A stretch of DNA of 64,000 nucleotides from positions 50,406,001 to 50,470,000 of the forward strand of contig NC_091999.1 in the NCBI RefSeq assembly GCF_044704955.1, written 5' to 3'. This DNA comes from Pristiophorus japonicus. Lineage: Eukaryota. Positions 63,234 through 64,000 of this stretch are shown piece after piece. A model generated the notes under the pieces. It ran no database searches and was not told where the DNA came from. It worked only from the letters and a program-made list of their open reading frames with translations. Each line of letters starts with the position of its first letter. The stretch's first letter is position 1. The position numbers and the translations under genes were made by a program.

Positions 63234-63575
63234 ATGTAAAGATTGCAGTTGCGACTGTGTTTGCTGACAGACATTTCGATGTATCACATGGTCGAGACCG
63301 TGGCTGTGACTGTATCAAAACCTAATGTGCAGCGTCAGGAAAACATTGTGCCAATTTGGAACAGTAATAGGAGGGCAGACCTTCCAATGATGAAGTTTCT
63401 TCTTGAGAACTTAACTTTGGTATTTTTTGCCCAGGAGCGCACACTTTAATAGGTTTAAAGTCCATGTTAAGAAAATACACAAAGGAATTTATTACACATT
63501 TGTTCGTGTTCCTTTGTGAACTTTACTGACCTGACGATTTGCCAGATCATTTTGCATTATCCTTTGATTTCCACA

Positions 63576-64000
63576 GGGTTAAAATGGAGAAGGAAGTGGC
63601 CTCGTGTCAGACCGAGAGATTAAATCTTGAGTAGAGTGGGCCTATATTCTCTGGAGTTTAGAGGAATTAGGTGATCCCATTGAAACGGGGACAATTTTAA
63701 CAGGGCTTGGCAGCGTCGATGATAAGAGGATGATTACCCGCGCTGGAAATTCTAGGACTAGGGGTGATAGACCCAGCATAACTGGTCGGCCATTTAGGAC
63801 GGAGATGAGGAGGGATTACTTACTCAGAGGATGGTGAATATTTGAAATTTTTATCTTCCCGGGGGCTGCGGAGGCTCAGTCGTTGTATATTCGAGGCAGA
63901 GCTCAATAGACTTTTGGGCTCAAAACGAATATGGGAATGGGAAGTGGAGATGATGTACTAGTTCAGCCATGACCTTATTGACCAGCAAATGAGGCTGGAA
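63576..64000 (+). mobile_element. Old CR1 3' fragment
   Basis: GLYSLEFRG..RPFRTEMRRDY.TQRMVN and a decayed 3'UTR. Confidence 0.75.

Noticed and set aside
61809-63287. 492-aa RT ORF as a domesticated or active gene
   Set aside because: It is a 5'-truncated CR1 with a chance upstream start, no endonuclease domain and FADD>FADI.

Overview
Eukaryotic DNA from a cartilaginous fish, most likely a shark. This is inferred from shark-type IgM and TCR exons plus CR1, DeuSINE and Penelope repeats. The window has no bacterial-type features. Two groups of immune-receptor remnants sit side by side. (1) A decayed IgM heavy-chain constant region on + comprises Cmu2 (26446-26726), Cmu3 (33353-33642), Cmu4 with secretory tailpiece (34129-34520, still an open frame), TM1 (36924-37051) and TM2 (37190-37198). 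I could not find VH, DH, JH or Cmu1. (2) Starting about 3.6 kb past TM2 are four T-cell-receptor alpha/delta-type V pseudogenes with leader exons and 23-spacer RSS remnants: one inverted (40773-41232), one split by a full-length CR1 (44930-50080), and two more (50986-51462, 60498-60991). The best reading is an IgM cluster remnant embedded in, or abutting, a TCR alpha/delta V array. The rest is transposon-derived: many CR1 LINEs, an RTE LINE carrying a solo LTR, a Ty3/Gypsy element in the Cmu2-Cmu3 intron, L2, Vingi, DeuSINEs and Penelope ends with hammerhead-ribozyme cores. Local segmental duplications, satellites and six N gaps are also present. All family assignments come from recognising motifs by eye; no database search was run.
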